Assembly (NCBI RefSeq): GCF_900167395.1
Contig: NZ_FUWK01000048.1
Span: forward strand, 1 to 17,876
Direction: 5' to 3'
Source: Nitrosomonas europaea
Lineage (GTDB): Bacteria; Pseudomonadota; Gammaproteobacteria; Burkholderiales; Nitrosomonadaceae
DNA length: 17,876 nt
Part shown: one piece after another, positions 1-10,155 of the stretch
Numbering within the stretch: the stretch's first letter is position 1
How the letters are laid out: every line of letters starts with the position of its first letter
The notes under the pieces: generated by a model
Database searches by the model: none
Seen by the model: the letters and a program-made list of their open reading frames with translations, nothing else
What the model was told of the DNA's origin: nothing
Translations under genes and position numbers: made by a program

Positions 1-142
1 GACGTTGGCGCCAAGCGTGATAGCCGCTTTCCGAAACGTCCAGAATCCGGCACATCGCCGCCACCGCGTGGTGCTGTCGCAACTGTTCGATCCGGGCGTA
101 TCTCACCGCGACTCCTTCGCGAAATACGCCGCACATTTTTTT
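1..142 (-). CDS. IS3-family transposase OrfB, N-terminal fragment in the -1 frame relative to orfA (OrfAB fusion); truncated by the window edge
   Basis: My hand translation of the -1 frame after the A7 run gives KKMCGVFREGVAVRYARIEQLRQHHAVAAMCRILDVSESGYHAWRQR. This is the characteristic HTH_21-type start of IS3 OrfB (..LCRvLgVSrSGYYaWrkR). The frame has no stop before position 1. Confidence 0.75.
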
Positions 143-405
143 AGCAGATCACGCTCCAGTTTCACTTCCGCCAATTCCTTGCGCAGTCGCGCCAGTTCAA
201 TTTCCGTTTCCGTCGGCACCCGCTGACCTTGCCCAACCTTCGCCAGGCTGCCTGTACGCGATGCCCTCACCCAATTGCCAAGACTGCTCTTTGGCACCAA
301 CAAGCGCTTCGCTGCCGCATCCACCGACAGCCCTTCCGCTTCCACCAGCTTCACCGCTTCCGCCCGAAATTCCGGCGTGTAGATCCCTTTCGGGAGTCGT
401 TCCAT
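103..405 (-). CDS. IS3-family transposase OrfA (helix-turn-helix plus leucine-zipper part)
   Basis: The 100-aa ORF reads ...YTPEFRAEAVKLVEAEGLSVDAAAKRLLVPKSSLGNWV...ELARLRKELAEVKLERDLLKKCAAYFAKESR. The C-terminal LKKaaAYFAKES signature is typical of IS3 OrfA. A GGAGGA RBS lies upstream of the ATG. Confidence 0.9.
   Translation of the reverse strand: MERLPKGIYTPEFRAEAVKLVEAEGLSVDAAAKRLLVPKSSLGNWVRASRTGSLAKVGQGQRVPTETEIELARLRKELAEVKLERDLLKKCAAYFAKESR
136..142 (-). promoter_or_regulatory. A AAA AAA slippery heptamer for programmed -1 ribosomal frameshifting (orfA to orfB)
   Basis: There are seven consecutive T on the plus strand (136..142), which is A7 on the minus strand. Its phase is CUA AAA AAA UGU in the orfA frame, that is X XXY YYZ. 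The OrfB-like frame opens exactly here. Confidence 0.6.
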
Positions 406-519
406 CCTTGTCCTCCGTTCCTCACATTTTACGAAACGTTGGACTCCACTTTTTTCAACCTACGTCAAGGAAAGTCACGTATCTGTAGTCTGTAGTGCTA
501 CGAAGATATGATGAAGGCA

Positions 520-543
520 TTCAGGCAGCTATTTTTGCCTGAA
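520..543. terminator. Hairpin between the der stop and the IS end; possible bidirectional terminator
   Basis: TTCAGGCA (520..527) and TGCCTGAA (536..543) form a perfect 8-bp stem with an 8-nt loop. A T-rich run (CTTTTTGTTT) follows on the plus strand. On the der (minus) strand the tail is only U/C-rich. Confidence 0.35.
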
Positions 544-558
544 CTTTTTGTTTCTGGA

Positions 559-1962
559 TCAGCCGTACTTCTTGCGGTTGCGGCGGCGGCGGCTATGTGC
601 CCGCCGGGCTTCTTCCTCGGTCAGCGGTGTTTTCTTACCAGCATAGGGGTTGTGGCCGGTTCTGAATTCCACTCGTAACGGGGTACCTTTCAGCTTGAAT
701 ACTTCCCTGAATGTATTTTCGAGATAGCGGCGGTAGGTTTGCGGAACATGTTCGAGCATGGAACCATGCACAATGATCAGCGGAGGATTTTCCCCTCCCT
801 GATGGGCATAGCGCAGCTTGGGCCGCGACATCCCACCACGCGGGGGTTGTTGTTTAGCAACGGCAGCCAGCATGGCTCGCGTCAACTTGGGTGTAGGAAT
901 ATGAGCCCTAGCAGCAGCATAGGCCGCGTCTACCGAGGGCATCAACCCTTTCACACCGTTGCCGTACAGGGCAGAAATGTAGTGCAGATTGGCAAAACTC
1001 AGAAACCCGAGCTTGCGTTCAAATTCGCGTTTAATGATTTCGCGCTGGTAGTCGTCCAGACCGTCCCATTTGTTGATGGCAACGACCAGGGAACGACCGG
1101 TTTCCAGGATAAACCCGGCAATATGGGCATCCTGATCGGAAATTTCATGGTGTGCATCGAGCACCAGAATAACTACGTTGGCAGCCTCGATCGATTGCAG
1201 GGTTTTGACCACCGAGAACTTTTCCACGGTTTCCCAAACCTTGCCTGATCGGCGCAGGCCCGCTGTATCGATCAACGTATAGCTGCGCTGGCCATATTCA
1301 AAATCGACATAAATGCTGTCTCGGGTAGTACCTGGCTGATCAAATGCAATCACGCGCTCTTCCCCCAGCAGGGTATTGATCAGCGTGGATTTGCCGACAT
1401 TGGGGCGGCCGGCAATGGCAATGACAGGACACTTTTCCTGGCCAGGTTCAGCTGCGGTTTCTTCTTCATACGGATACCCTTCCAGTGCAAAATCGATTAA
1501 CTCACCCAGATGATCTCCATGCAAAGCCGAAACAGCGCATGGTGTGCCGAGCCCCAGCTCATGAAACTCAGCCGTCACTGATGAATAAGGCATCCCTTCG
1601 GTTTTATTGACGACGAGGATTATTTTCTGGCCGGTTTTGCGCAATTGTTCCGCAATGATCTTGTCCTGTGCGGCCAATCCCTGACGACCATCGACGATGA
1701 ACAGCACGATATCGGCTTCATCCACAGCTTGGAGGGTTTGTTTGGCCATGGCATGCAGGATGCCGGATTTGACCACCGGTTCAAAACCACCGGTATCCAC
1801 CACCAGATAGGGCTTAAGGCCCAACCTGCCATGACCATAGTGCCGGTCACGCGTGAGCCCGGGGATATCGGCCACAATCGCATCACGACTGCGGGTCAGA
1901 CGGTTGAATAATGTCGATTTTCCGACATTCGGGCGCCCAACCAGAACGAGTGTGGGTTTCAT
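559..1962 (-). CDS. der: Ribosome-associated GTPase Der (EngA), double GTPase domain
   Basis: 467 aa with two G1 P-loops (GRPNVGKST twice), DTGG/DTAG and NKxD motifs, and a basic KH-like C-terminus. Confidence 0.97.
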   Translation of the reverse strand: MKPTLVLVGRPNVGKSTLFNRLTRSRDAIVADIPGLTRDRHYGHGRLGLKPYLVVDTGGFEPVVKSGILHAMAKQTLQAVDEADIVLFIVDGRQGLAAQDKIIAEQLRKTGQKIILVVNKTEGMPYSSVTAEFHELGLGTPCAVSALHGDHLGELIDFALEGYPYEEETAAEPGQEKCPVIAIAGRPNVGKSTLINTLLGEERVIAFDQPGTTRDSIYVDFEYGQRSYTLIDTAGLRRSGKVWETVEKFSVVKTLQSIEAANVVILVLDAHHEISDQDAHIAGFILETGRSLVVAINKWDGLDDYQREIIKREFERKLGFLSFANLHYISALYGNGVKGLMPSVDAAYAAARAHIPTPKLTRAMLAAVAKQQPPRGGMSRPKLRYAHQGGENPPLIIVHGSMLEHVPQTYRRYLENTFREVFKLKGTPLRVEFRTGHNPYAGKKTPLTEEEARRAHSRRRRNRKKYG

Positions 1963-2013
1963 GAGAATGGGAATATGAAAAAATGCTTCGCCCGGAAAGC
2001 GAGAAAACCCGGG

Positions 2014-3246
2014 TTATTGCAAGGAAAATGCGAAAAGTCCGCCTTTGTGTGTTTGTACGACAAAACCATCCGGCAGATACTCGGCACGCGATGAAATGGC
2101 GCTGCCATCGGTTGGTGCGCGGCTCAGCAGAGAACCATCCTGACGGCTGATCAGGGTGACATATCCCTGATCGTCACCCACTATCAGACGGGTACCTCGA
2201 GCGACCATCAGGGCAGACAGTTTGCGACTGCCCAGTTTTCCCCTCTTCCAGACAGCAGCGCCACTGCTTTTGTCATAGGCGGCCACGGTTCCGTGTTCTT
2301 CGCTGATATAAACATGGCTGTTGTCCATTACCATGCCAGCACTGCTCGATGCATCCCGGGCCCAGATCTGATTCCCGTTGGAAATTTCAAAACAGGCGGC
2401 CCGGCCGCGATAGGCAACTGCACATACCTGGTTTTCATCGACAATCGGCAGACTGCTGATGTCAGTCATACGTTCCAGCTCCGTAACGCCATGCGGTTGT
2501 GAAACGGTTGCCTCCCAGCCCACATTGCCGGTGAACAGATCCAGCGCGATCAGTTTACCGCCGGGAAATCCGGCAAAAATAGCACCCCGCGTAATCGATA
2601 CGCCGACAAAGCTCCTGACTGTCAGCGGTGGTGTTACACCCTGATAGCTCCAGATCTGCTTTCCATCAGCTGCATTCAGGCCATAAAGCCTGCTGTCACC
2701 AGTACGCACCACCACGATTCCATTGTCTGTCTGCGGCGGGCTCAGGATTTCACTTGGCACCTGGGATTGCCACAGGGCATTGCCTGCTTCGTCGAATGCC
2801 AGTACCTCGCCCTTATAGGTTCCAAGCAGAATCATTCCTCCGCCTGTACCAACCCCTCCGGAAAGCTGGGATTTGGTATCCACACGCCAGATTTCACGTC
2901 CTGTCGCCGGATCGAGCTTGATTAGCCGACCATCTTCATCGGCAGCGTATAACGCGCCATTATCGTAAACCGGCAGAAAAACTGCGGTTTTGCTCTCTGA
3001 CAGTTTTACCTGCCATAGCAGCTTGATCGGAGCCAGCGTTTGCAACTCGGCAAGTTCGGCTTCATCGATTTCGACTTCATCCTCGTCACCGCTGAAAAGA
3101 TCGGTAAAATGCGCACCTGTTATATCACTCAGATTTGCACAACCGCCCAACAGAATCAACAGCGCAAGTATGCAGACACGCAGTGCCCGGCAATAACCAT
3201 TATGGAAAGTGAAATCAGGAGCCGATAACGAAATGCTGCCGATCAC
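2014..3246 (-). CDS. bamB: Outer-membrane protein assembly factor BamB (YfgL), PQQ-like beta-propeller lipoprotein
   Basis: 410 aa with a lipobox LLGGC after a hydrophobic N-terminus and repeated W/G-rich propeller blades. It occupies the conserved position between yfgM and der. The GTG start overlaps the yfgM stop (GTGA). Confidence 0.92.
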   Translation of the reverse strand: MIGSISLSAPDFTFHNGYCRALRVCILALLILLGGCANLSDITGAHFTDLFSGDEDEVEIDEAELAELQTLAPIKLLWQVKLSESKTAVFLPVYDNGALYAADEDGRLIKLDPATGREIWRVDTKSQLSGGVGTGGGMILLGTYKGEVLAFDEAGNALWQSQVPSEILSPPQTDNGIVVVRTGDSRLYGLNAADGKQIWSYQGVTPPLTVRSFVGVSITRGAIFAGFPGGKLIALDLFTGNVGWEATVSQPHGVTELERMTDISSLPIVDENQVCAVAYRGRAACFEISNGNQIWARDASSSAGMVMDNSHVYISEEHGTVAAYDKSSGAAVWKRGKLGSRKLSALMVARGTRLIVGDDQGYVTLISRQDGSLLSRAPTDGSAISSRAEYLPDGFVVQTHKGGLFAFSLQ

Positions 3247-3887
3247 TGCCGTTGTTCCCTCAATACATCCAGTTTCATCTGTACGACATTCCGGTAAGCA
3301 CCCTGTGCATTCAGGCTGTCCAGTGCCTTCTGGTAGGCTGCCCTTGCTTCATCCGTTTTCCCTGCGGCGGCCAGTGCATCTCCCCGTAAATCTGCGTAAA
3401 GCCCGGTAAAAGATGCAGCATGCTGTGCATCCAGTAATTTCAGTGCCTGGTCGTACTTGCTCTCATCCACCAGCACACTTGCCAGCCGCAAGCGGGCCAT
3501 GTCCTTTATTTCAGGCTCTTCAGCATGGTCGAGCGCCCATTGCAGCATGTCTCTGGCAACCTGATCATTGCCTGCCTGACCTGCAGCACGGGCAGCTATC
3601 AGCGCCGCGCGCGAAGCATAGCCGCTGCCGGGAAAACCTTCGGTCAGCAAGTGTGCCGCATCGGTTATTTTGACGAGCTCACTCCCTTTTTCAACCTGCT
3701 GCTGGAGAACGGCATATAAATCAGCTGCCTGCTGCGCCTGTTCAGCCTTGTAATGATTCCACAGCCGGTTACCGGCCACCGTTGCCGCAAAAACGGCAAT
3801 GGCAAACAGCATAGTAGTACCGTTGGCAGCCCACCAGGACTTCAACCCTTCTATCTTTTCCTGTTCTTCAAAGTTGTACGCTGACAT
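3243..3887 (-). CDS. yfgM: YfgM-family membrane-anchored TPR-like protein (ancillary SecYEG translocon subunit family)
   Basis: 214 aa. The N-terminus (EEQEKIEGLKSWWAANGTTMLFAIAVFAATVAG) has one TM helix and is followed by an Ala-rich TPR-like domain. It lies in the conserved hisS-yfgM-bamB-der order. Confidence 0.85.
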   Translation of the reverse strand: MSAYNFEEQEKIEGLKSWWAANGTTMLFAIAVFAATVAGNRLWNHYKAEQAQQAADLYAVLQQQVEKGSELVKITDAAHLLTEGFPGSGYASRAALIAARAAGQAGNDQVARDMLQWALDHAEEPEIKDMARLRLASVLVDESKYDQALKLLDAQHAASFTGLYADLRGDALAAAGKTDEARAAYQKALDSLNAQGAYRNVVQMKLDVLREQRQ

Positions 3888-3908
3888 GGTTCTGATTTTC
3901 CACCTTGG

Positions 3909-5171
3909 TTAAATATTTCCCAGAAGTGCAGCGGCTCCGGCCAGATCGACCCTGATCTGCTCCGCTGCCTCACGTAATGGTTTGATGCTGATTTGCCCGG
4001 CTACGACCTCATCTTCTCCGATGATGGCGGCAAAACGTGCACCGCTGGCATCGGCTTTTTTCATCTGAGCCTTGAAATTTCCACCTCCGCTATGCAGCAC
4101 CACTTTAAGACCATCATCCCGCAATGATTCTGCCACCTTCCATGAAAACTCGGCTGCAGCCTCTCCCTGATGCACCACATATATATCAGGAATGGCATGC
4201 GCGCCAACGGCACCATTTTCACCCATCAGTGCCAGTATTCGCTCGATACCCATGGCAAAACCGCATGCTGGTGCCGGTTTTCCGCCAATCTGCGCGATCA
4301 GCCCGTCATAACGCCCGCCTGCACAAATGGTCCCCTGCGCGCCCAGCTTGTCAGTCACCCATTCGAATACCGTGCGGTTATAGTAATCCAGCCCTCTGAC
4401 CAGCCGGTTATTGATTTCGAAACTGATATCCTGGTTGCGCAAAATCCGTTGCAATGCCTCGAAATGGGCGAGTGAATCTTCATCCAGATCATCGAACAGG
4501 CGAGGAGCACCAGCCAGTATTTCACGCATGGCCGGATTCTTGCTGTCGAGAATACGCAGCGGATTGGTTTTTAACCGCCGGCGTGCATCCTCATCGAGAT
4601 CATCACAGAATTTTTCCAGATAACTGATCAGACGGGCACGATAAACCGAACGTGATTCGGTACTGCCAAGTGTACTGATTTCGAGACGGACATCTGAAAT
4701 ACCCAGTAAACGCCACAACCGCGCGCACATGACGATGAGTTCCGCATCGATATCCGGACCGGCAAATCCAAGTGCTTCCACACCCACCTGGTGAAACTGG
4801 CGATAACGGCCCTTTTGTGGGCGTTCGTGCCGGAACATCGGCCCGCTGTAATACAGGCGCTGGGGACCCGCATACAGCAGATTGTGCTCGATTACCGCAC
4901 GCACGCAGGAAGCTGTGCCTTCCGGGCGCAATGTCAGATTTTCCCCGTTGAGATGATCGACAAATGTATACATCTCTTTTTCGACGATATCGGTCACCTC
5001 TCCGATCGAACGGACGAACAGATCAGTCTGTTCGACGATGGGGGTACGCAGATTACGATAGCCGTAGGCAGCCAACCATGTGCGAATCGTATCTTCAAAA
5101 AACGCCCACAAACCGCTTTCGTCAGGCAGGATGTCGTTCATCCCGCGAACTGCCCTGATTGGTTCAGGCAT
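3909..5171 (-). CDS. hisS: Histidine--tRNA ligase
   Basis: Class II aaRS motifs are present ([16 protein letters not shown]..., [29 protein letters not shown]). I chose the start at ATG 5171..5169, where homologues begin (M-x-x-I-x-A-x-RGMND). The ORF stays open to 5213 (TTG) and 5210 (ATG). Confidence 0.95.
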   Translation of the reverse strand: MPEPIRAVRGMNDILPDESGLWAFFEDTIRTWLAAYGYRNLRTPIVEQTDLFVRSIGEVTDIVEKEMYTFVDHLNGENLTLRPEGTASCVRAVIEHNLLYAGPQRLYYSGPMFRHERPQKGRYRQFHQVGVEALGFAGPDIDAELIVMCARLWRLLGISDVRLEISTLGSTESRSVYRARLISYLEKFCDDLDEDARRRLKTNPLRILDSKNPAMREILAGAPRLFDDLDEDSLAHFEALQRILRNQDISFEINNRLVRGLDYYNRTVFEWVTDKLGAQGTICAGGRYDGLIAQIGGKPAPACGFAMGIERILALMGENGAVGAHAIPDIYVVHQGEAAAEFSWKVAESLRDDGLKVVLHSGGGNFKAQMKKADASGARFAAIIGEDEVVAGQISIKPLREAAEQIRVDLAGAAALLGNI

Positions 5172-6408
5172 TGGCTGCTTTTTTTCGGTATTTGGTACGT
5201 ACGTATTCATCAACGATCATACGGAATTCGCCTGCGATGTTATCGCCTTTCAGGGTAACGGTCTTCTGACCATCCACAAAAACCGGGGCAACCGGAGTTT
5301 CTCCCGATCCGGGTAAACTGATGCCGATATCAGCATGCTTGCTTTCACCCGGCCCGTTGACCACACATCCCATGACTGCTAGTGACATATTCTCGACACC
5401 TTCGTATTGCTCACGCCAGATGACCATCTGTTCACGCACATAGATTTGAATGCTTTCTGCAAGCTCCTGGAAATAAGTGCTGGTTGTCCGCCCGCAGCCC
5501 GGACAGGCTGCCACCAGCGGAACAAACGCACGCAATCCCATCGTTTGCAGGATTTCCTGTGCCACGATGACTTCACGAGCACGATCTCCACCCGGCTCCG
5601 GTGTCAAGGAAACACGGATCGTGTCGCCGATCCCTTTGAACAGCAGTACCGCCAGTGCGGCTGTCGAAGCGACGATCCCTTTTGAGCCCATACCGGCCTC
5701 GGTCAATCCCAGATGCAGTGCATAGTCACATTGCTCGGCCAGCGCACCATAGACGGCAATCAAATCCTGCACACCACTGACTTTGCACGACAGCACGATA
5801 TGATCACGGGCCAGGCCCAGTTCTTCAGCTCTGGCTGCGCTTTCCAGCGCAGAAGTGATGAGTGCCTTGTGCATGACCTGCGAAGCGCCCAGCGGATCAG
5901 GCGAACGTGCATTCTCATCCATGATTCGTGCCAGCATCTCAGGATCGAGACTACCCCAGTTGACCCCGATACGAACCGGTTTATCATATTTGCAGGCTGT
6001 CTCTATCAACAGGGAAAACTGTTCATCACGCTTGCGGCCATGGCCGACATTACCCGGATTGATACGATATTTGGCCAGTGCTCTGGCACATTCGGGATAC
6101 GCGGTCAGCAGCTTGTGTCCATTGAAATGGAAATCGCCAACGAGCGGAACATGACAACCCATATCATCCAGTCGAGCACGGATCCCGGCAACGGCACGCG
6201 CAGCTTCCATGGAATTGACGGTGATTCTGACGAGTTCTGAGCCTGCAAGCGCAAGCTGGGCGACCTGCTGGGTGGTTGACACCTCGTCAGCAGTATCGGT
6301 ATTGGTCATTGACTGCACAACGATCGGCGCACCACCACCGATCATCACCGAACCTACTTTGACACCCACGCACTTCCGGCGTGAGGCAGGTACGTTATTA
6401 GAAGACAT
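5164..6408 (-). CDS. ispG: 4-hydroxy-3-methylbut-2-en-1-yl diphosphate synthase (flavodoxin) IspG/GcpE, MEP pathway
   Basis: IspG hallmarks are present ([22 protein letters not shown] and the Cys cluster). I chose the start at ATG 6408..6406 ([12 protein letters not shown]...). The upstream 44 codons of the ORF overlap the rodZ 3' end and look non-coding. Confidence 0.96.
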   Translation of the reverse strand: MSSNNVPASRRKCVGVKVGSVMIGGGAPIVVQSMTNTDTADEVSTTQQVAQLALAGSELVRITVNSMEAARAVAGIRARLDDMGCHVPLVGDFHFNGHKLLTAYPECARALAKYRINPGNVGHGRKRDEQFSLLIETACKYDKPVRIGVNWGSLDPEMLARIMDENARSPDPLGASQVMHKALITSALESAARAEELGLARDHIVLSCKVSGVQDLIAVYGALAEQCDYALHLGLTEAGMGSKGIVASTAALAVLLFKGIGDTIRVSLTPEPGGDRAREVIVAQEILQTMGLRAFVPLVAACPGCGRTTSTYFQELAESIQIYVREQMVIWREQYEGVENMSLAVMGCVVNGPGESKHADIGISLPGSGETPVAPVFVDGQKTVTLKGDNIAGEFRMIVDEYVRTKYRKKAANA

Positions 6409-6442
6409 GGTTAAAACCCGATTCTCAGAAATTCGTACAAGA

Positions 6443-7507
6443 TTATTCAAGTGAAAAGCGTGCGACATCATCGTTGCCGCGTGTATAAGGTGCAAGATCA
6501 ACCTTGCGCCCGTTATAGGTAAGACTGACCCCGGCTGCATTGCCGATGACCAGATATAAAGGCGGCTTACCTTCTATCGTCTGCTCAGTTCCGCGTGAAT
6601 GGGTTTTTTCGAGAATGACCCGGCCGCCACTATCCTTGATTTTGACCCATGAATCACGGGAAAAAGAAAAATGCAGTGATTTTTTACCATCGTCTGAAGC
6701 CTTGGGTACCTCTACAGCCGGTACAGAGGGTGCGGGCAGTTCAGGCAATGTCGTCGCAACTGATGGCACACTGGCACCAGCGGGTGCAGGTGTGACCAAT
6801 GGCAACCCGGAAGAAGAGGAAGACAATGGCAGTGCCAGATCTATTGCTACCTGATCATTGCCGTCAGCTGAGATCGATGACATCACCTGATCTGTATCCC
6901 CTGCCGAGAAGGAAGCCAACTGTTCCGGTACTTCATCACGATAAATTCCATAGGCCGCAAGCGCTGCCAGTATCACCGCAATATACAGCCACCCGCCGCG
7001 ACTGCTGCGGCCAGATCGGTAAACAGGCTCGATCGCCTTGAAACGCTGCGCATTTCTTTTACTGGCAAAGACAGTATCCACTGGCCTTGCCTGAGGCACC
7101 GCTTCCATTAACAGCGGCACATCGTCGAGCTGCAGCAGATTAGCATAATTGCGTATATAGCCACGTAAGAATACGGCGGCTGGCAGCCTGGAAAAATCCT
7201 GTGCCTCGATCGCCTCCACTTGCTGTTCAGACAGACGAAGACGGTGTGCCACCTCGCCTACATTCATACCACGTCTGATCCTCGCATCACGCAATATCTG
7301 CCCGAAACCGGAAGCGGCCGTACCACCTGTTGTTGCCGCTTCAGCCGGATCACCAGCCTGAGCAGGCGAATATGGCATCGTACCTACAGGTTCCGCCTGA
7401 AGAGATACAGCTTGATCTGAGGTTTCAACCGGCTCTGCATCACGGATGAGATCTGATTTCTGATCACGAGCCAATCCGTCTCTTTCATCTAATTCATTAT
7501 CTTTCAT
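6443..7507 (-). CDS. rodZ: Cytoskeleton protein RodZ-like (N-terminal HTH, single TM helix, C-terminal DUF4115-type domain)
   Basis: The HTH segment is [37 protein letters not shown]...[13 protein letters not shown]. The TM helix is [17 protein letters not shown]. The C-terminal beta domain reads [15 protein letters not shown]...VARFSLE. It lies in the conserved pilW-rodZ-ispG position. Confidence 0.85.
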   Translation of the reverse strand: MKDNELDERDGLARDQKSDLIRDAEPVETSDQAVSLQAEPVGTMPYSPAQAGDPAEAATTGGTAASGFGQILRDARIRRGMNVGEVAHRLRLSEQQVEAIEAQDFSRLPAAVFLRGYIRNYANLLQLDDVPLLMEAVPQARPVDTVFASKRNAQRFKAIEPVYRSGRSSRGGWLYIAVILAALAAYGIYRDEVPEQLASFSAGDTDQVMSSISADGNDQVAIDLALPLSSSSSGLPLVTPAPAGASVPSVATTLPELPAPSVPAVEVPKASDDGKKSLHFSFSRDSWVKIKDSGGRVILEKTHSRGTEQTIEGKPPLYLVIGNAAGVSLTYNGRKVDLAPYTRGNDDVARFSLE

Positions 7508-8288
7508 GATTCAACCTGCCTGCACGCGATTCCCGGGCTTCCCGGGAATCAGGAAAACGTTTCTGTAGCTGAAAAGCATAATTGGTTTCTGCATTGACAT
7601 CTCCGTTTGCTCGTGCAATGCGAACAGCCAGCCACAAACTGCCTGGAGCGGGAGGATATGTCTGTAAATACCGGTTGATTGCAGCCCAGGCTTTTTTCAC
7701 TTCACCACGACTGAAATCCAGTTCTACCAGACCAAGCCGGGCCAAAGGATAACCCGGGCGGATAACCAGAGCCTCCTGAAAGTAGCTTTGTGCCCGCTCG
7801 AAGTCATTCTGCTTCAGAACGCACAATCCTGCGTTGGTATAGGTTCTTTCTGGTGTTTCATACAAGGGATCACGCACAGCCGCCATGAAATGACCGATGG
7901 CCTGTTCTATCCCGTCAGGTTTTCGCTGACATAAGAACCAGCCGAAATTATTGCGTATATCAGGATCGTTTGGAGTGATTCCAAGTCCGCGCTCAAAGTT
8001 CCATTCCGCGCGATCATCCTCCTGCAGATCCATATAAACCAGCCCCAGCATGTTATAAGCCGGAGCATAGTCGGTTTTTTTCTGCAGTGCGATTTCAGCT
8101 TCTTCTATCGCTACCCGATACTGGCCACGGTGATAGTACTGGCCCGCAAGTTCAGTGTGAATTTTGGCACTTTGCAATGCGCGCTGCTTCAGTTCCTCGG
8201 GAGTCGGCTTTTCCTGAACCGGTGCATGTCCGCAACCCGCCAGCCATACCAGAAATCCGAGAACTCCCGTTCTAATCAGCCTGTTCAT
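7497..8288 (-). CDS. pilW: Type IV pilus biogenesis/stability TPR lipoprotein PilW (PilF)
   Basis: From ATG 8288 the sequence is MNRLIRTGVLGFLVWLAGCGH, a lipobox LAGC, followed by TPR repeats. It lies in the conserved rlmN-pilW-rodZ order. The longer ORF to 8432 overlaps the rlmN 3' end. Confidence 0.85.
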   Translation of the reverse strand: MNRLIRTGVLGFLVWLAGCGHAPVQEKPTPEELKQRALQSAKIHTELAGQYYHRGQYRVAIEEAEIALQKKTDYAPAYNMLGLVYMDLQEDDRAEWNFERGLGITPNDPDIRNNFGWFLCQRKPDGIEQAIGHFMAAVRDPLYETPERTYTNAGLCVLKQNDFERAQSYFQEALVIRPGYPLARLGLVELDFSRGEVKKAWAAINRYLQTYPPAPGSLWLAVRIARANGDVNAETNYAFQLQKRFPDSREARESRAGRLNHER

Positions 8289-8331
8289 TTTGCCTGCATG
8301 CTTACCCAACACTGGATTTATATATCTCCGA

Positions 8332-9471
8332 TTATCTGGCAACTGCCGGCTGACCAGTTCCACACCCGCTCGTCCGGCGTGTCTTGTCACGCACCTGCCC
8401 TGCCAGTTGACCGCAGGCAGCGGCGATATCATCCCCGCGCGTTTTACGTACTGTCGTAACGATACCTGCTTGCATCAGTACATCCCGGAAATTACCGATG
8501 GCTTCTGCACCCGATCGCTCATAACCGGAACCGGAAAAGGCGTTAAACGGGATCAGATTGAGTTTGCATGGAACGTTCCTGACGAGTTGAACCAGTTCTC
8601 GTGCCAGCGCCACACTGTCATTCACGCCTTTCAGCATAACATATTCAAACGTAATAAAATCTCTCGGAGCAGCTGGCAGGTAACGCTCACAGGCGGCCAG
8701 TAAATCCCTGATCGGATACTTTTTATTGATGGGCACCAGCTGGTCACGCAAGGCATCATTCGGCGCGTGCAGTGAAACCGCGAGCGCCACCGGGCAGCGC
8801 TCACGCAAGCGATCCAGAGCGGGGACCAGTCCAGATGTACTTACCGTTACCCGGCGGCGTGACAAACCATACGCATCATCGCTCAGCATCAGATCCAGTG
8901 CCGTTACCAGGTTTTCAAAATTGGCCAGCGGCTCACCCATCCCCATCATGACGACATTGGTAACCGGCCGCCTCGTTTCCGGCTTGTCTGTCTGCACTCG
9001 TGTGGTATCCAGGGGAAACGGGTCATGACTACCTGCTTCGAGCAGCCGATTGGCCCACCACAATTGACCGATGATTTCTGCGACGCTCAGATTGCGGTTG
9101 AAACCCTGTCGACCGGTGGAACAAAAGCTGCATGCCAACGCACAGCCTACTTGACTGGAAACACAAAGCGTGCCCCGGCTAGGCTCGGGAATGAAAACCA
9201 TTTCCACTGCATTTCCCGCCCCTGTCGATAACAGCCACTTGCGGGTGCCATCCCCTGCAGTATGATCACTGACGATTTCAGGCAACTGGACAACGGCACA
9301 TTCCATCAGCTTATGACGGAACCCTTTTGCCAAATCGCTCATTTCCATGAAGTCCGTCTTGCCGGACTGGTGTACCCAGCGCAACAACTGCCTTGCCCGA
9401 TAAGGCTTCTCGCCCATTTCTCCACAGAAACGGACCAGTTCTGTCTTATTGAAATCAAGCAGGTTGATCAT
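8332..9471 (-). CDS. rlmN: Dual-specificity 23S rRNA/tRNA adenine-C2 methyltransferase RlmN (radical SAM)
   Basis: 379 aa. It has the radical-SAM CxxxCxxC motif ([11 protein letters not shown]) and RlmN-type N-terminal ([10 protein letters not shown]) and C-terminal ([10 protein letters not shown]) motifs. Confidence 0.96.
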   Translation of the reverse strand: MINLLDFNKTELVRFCGEMGEKPYRARQLLRWVHQSGKTDFMEMSDLAKGFRHKLMECAVVQLPEIVSDHTAGDGTRKWLLSTGAGNAVEMVFIPEPSRGTLCVSSQVGCALACSFCSTGRQGFNRNLSVAEIIGQLWWANRLLEAGSHDPFPLDTTRVQTDKPETRRPVTNVVMMGMGEPLANFENLVTALDLMLSDDAYGLSRRRVTVSTSGLVPALDRLRERCPVALAVSLHAPNDALRDQLVPINKKYPIRDLLAACERYLPAAPRDFITFEYVMLKGVNDSVALARELVQLVRNVPCKLNLIPFNAFSGSGYERSGAEAIGNFRDVLMQAGIVTTVRKTRGDDIAAACGQLAGQVRDKTRRTSGCGTGQPAVAR

Positions 9472-9510
9472 TGCGCCCGGTTTTCCAAATCAGCAAGGGT
9501 GTGTACATTA

Positions 9511-9936
9511 TCAGCGTGAATGTATTTCCAGAGACGGGAAGAAACAGGCGATTTCAACGACAGCCGTTTCAGGTGCATCCGAGCCATGTACTGCATTGGC
9601 ATCGATACTTTCTGCAAAATCTGCGCGAATCGTACCTTTTTCTGCTTTCCTGGGATCTGTGGCACCCATCAGTTCACGATTTCTGGCAATTGCGTTTTCA
9701 CCTTCCAGCACTTGGATCATCACTGGCCCGGAAATCATGAATTCGACCAGATCCTTGAAGAAAGGTCTTTCCCTGTGAATCGCATAAAAATTCTCTGCCT
9801 CGACTCTCGACAAGTGCGCCATGCGGGCAGCAACGACTTTCAGGCCAGCCGCTTCAAATCGTGCATAGATTTGTCCGATGACGTTCTTTGCTACCGCATC
9901 GGGCTTGATAATGGACAAAGTCCTTTCAACTGCCAT
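9511..9936 (-). CDS. ndk: Nucleoside-diphosphate kinase
   Basis: [15 protein letters not shown]... with the active-site [10 protein letters not shown] 9936 is preceded by GAGG. The 4-codon upstream extension (MRYL) contains that RBS. Confidence 0.97.
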   Translation of the reverse strand: MAVERTLSIIKPDAVAKNVIGQIYARFEAAGLKVVAARMAHLSRVEAENFYAIHRERPFFKDLVEFMISGPVMIQVLEGENAIARNRELMGATDPRKAEKGTIRADFAESIDANAVHGSDAPETAVVEIACFFPSLEIHSR

Positions 9937-9972
9937 CAAATACCTCATAAAAATAGTTCATCACGAGCCGGT

Positions 9973-9981
9973 ATTCTAACA
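9973..9981 (-). promoter_or_regulatory. Candidate extended -10 element (TGtTAGAAT) for ndk
   Basis: The minus strand reads TGTTAGAAT about 37 nt upstream of the ndk ATG. It lies inside a 10-bp tandem repeat. No good -35 is present, so the call is tentative. Confidence 0.3.
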
Positions 9982-10155
9982 AAATCTAACAAAAACCCTT
10001 GTATGATTTACCAAATCAGCAGTTGGAGAAGAGTGCGCAGGCACAACCTGCTACGACAAGGCTATATTGATATCGCTCTGATCAGATTGCCAGAGCAAGA
10101 TGAGAGAAAGTTGCGATATCCCGGAATACCGGGTGATTTCAGAGAGGATGACGGA

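Larger units (their letters stand above)
1..477 (-). mobile_element. Partial IS3-family insertion sequence: left terminal region, orfA and the 5' part of orfB. It continues beyond the window start.
   Basis: OrfA and OrfB have IS3-type sequences and sit in 0/-1 frames. On the minus strand the first TG upstream of orfA is at 477..476 (TGACTTTCCTTGACGTAGGTTGAAAAAAGTGGAGTCC...). That is 72 bp before the orfA ATG, which fits the 5'-TG ends and spacing of IS3 family members. The exact tip cannot be proven without the other end. Confidence 0.8.

Noticed and set aside
739-1248. A 169-aa plus-strand ORF inside der. Similar long antisense or alternate-frame ORFs lie at 5713..6240, 11399..11947, 11523..12071, 12913..13422, 4791..5258 and 8290..8703.
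   Set aside because: All lie wholly within strongly supported conserved genes on the other strand or frame, and all have compositionally biased translations. They are typical shadow ORFs of roughly 50% GC DNA.
6409-6540. N-terminal ORF extensions of ispG (6409..6540), pilW (8289..8432), the redoxin (16083..16160) and ndk (9937..9948).
   Set aside because: The extensions overlap the upstream gene or intergenic signals and have no homology-like sequence. Internal ATGs coincide with the conserved N-termini: the lipobox for PilW, MAVERT for Ndk, and MSSNN...VQSMTNT for IspG.
10117-10136. A small hairpin, TCCCGG-AATA-CCGGGT, between ndk and ncyA, considered as a second terminator.
   Set aside because: The stem is only about 5-6 bp and neither strand has a U-tract. 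The strong terminator at 10156..10194 already accounts for ncyA termination.
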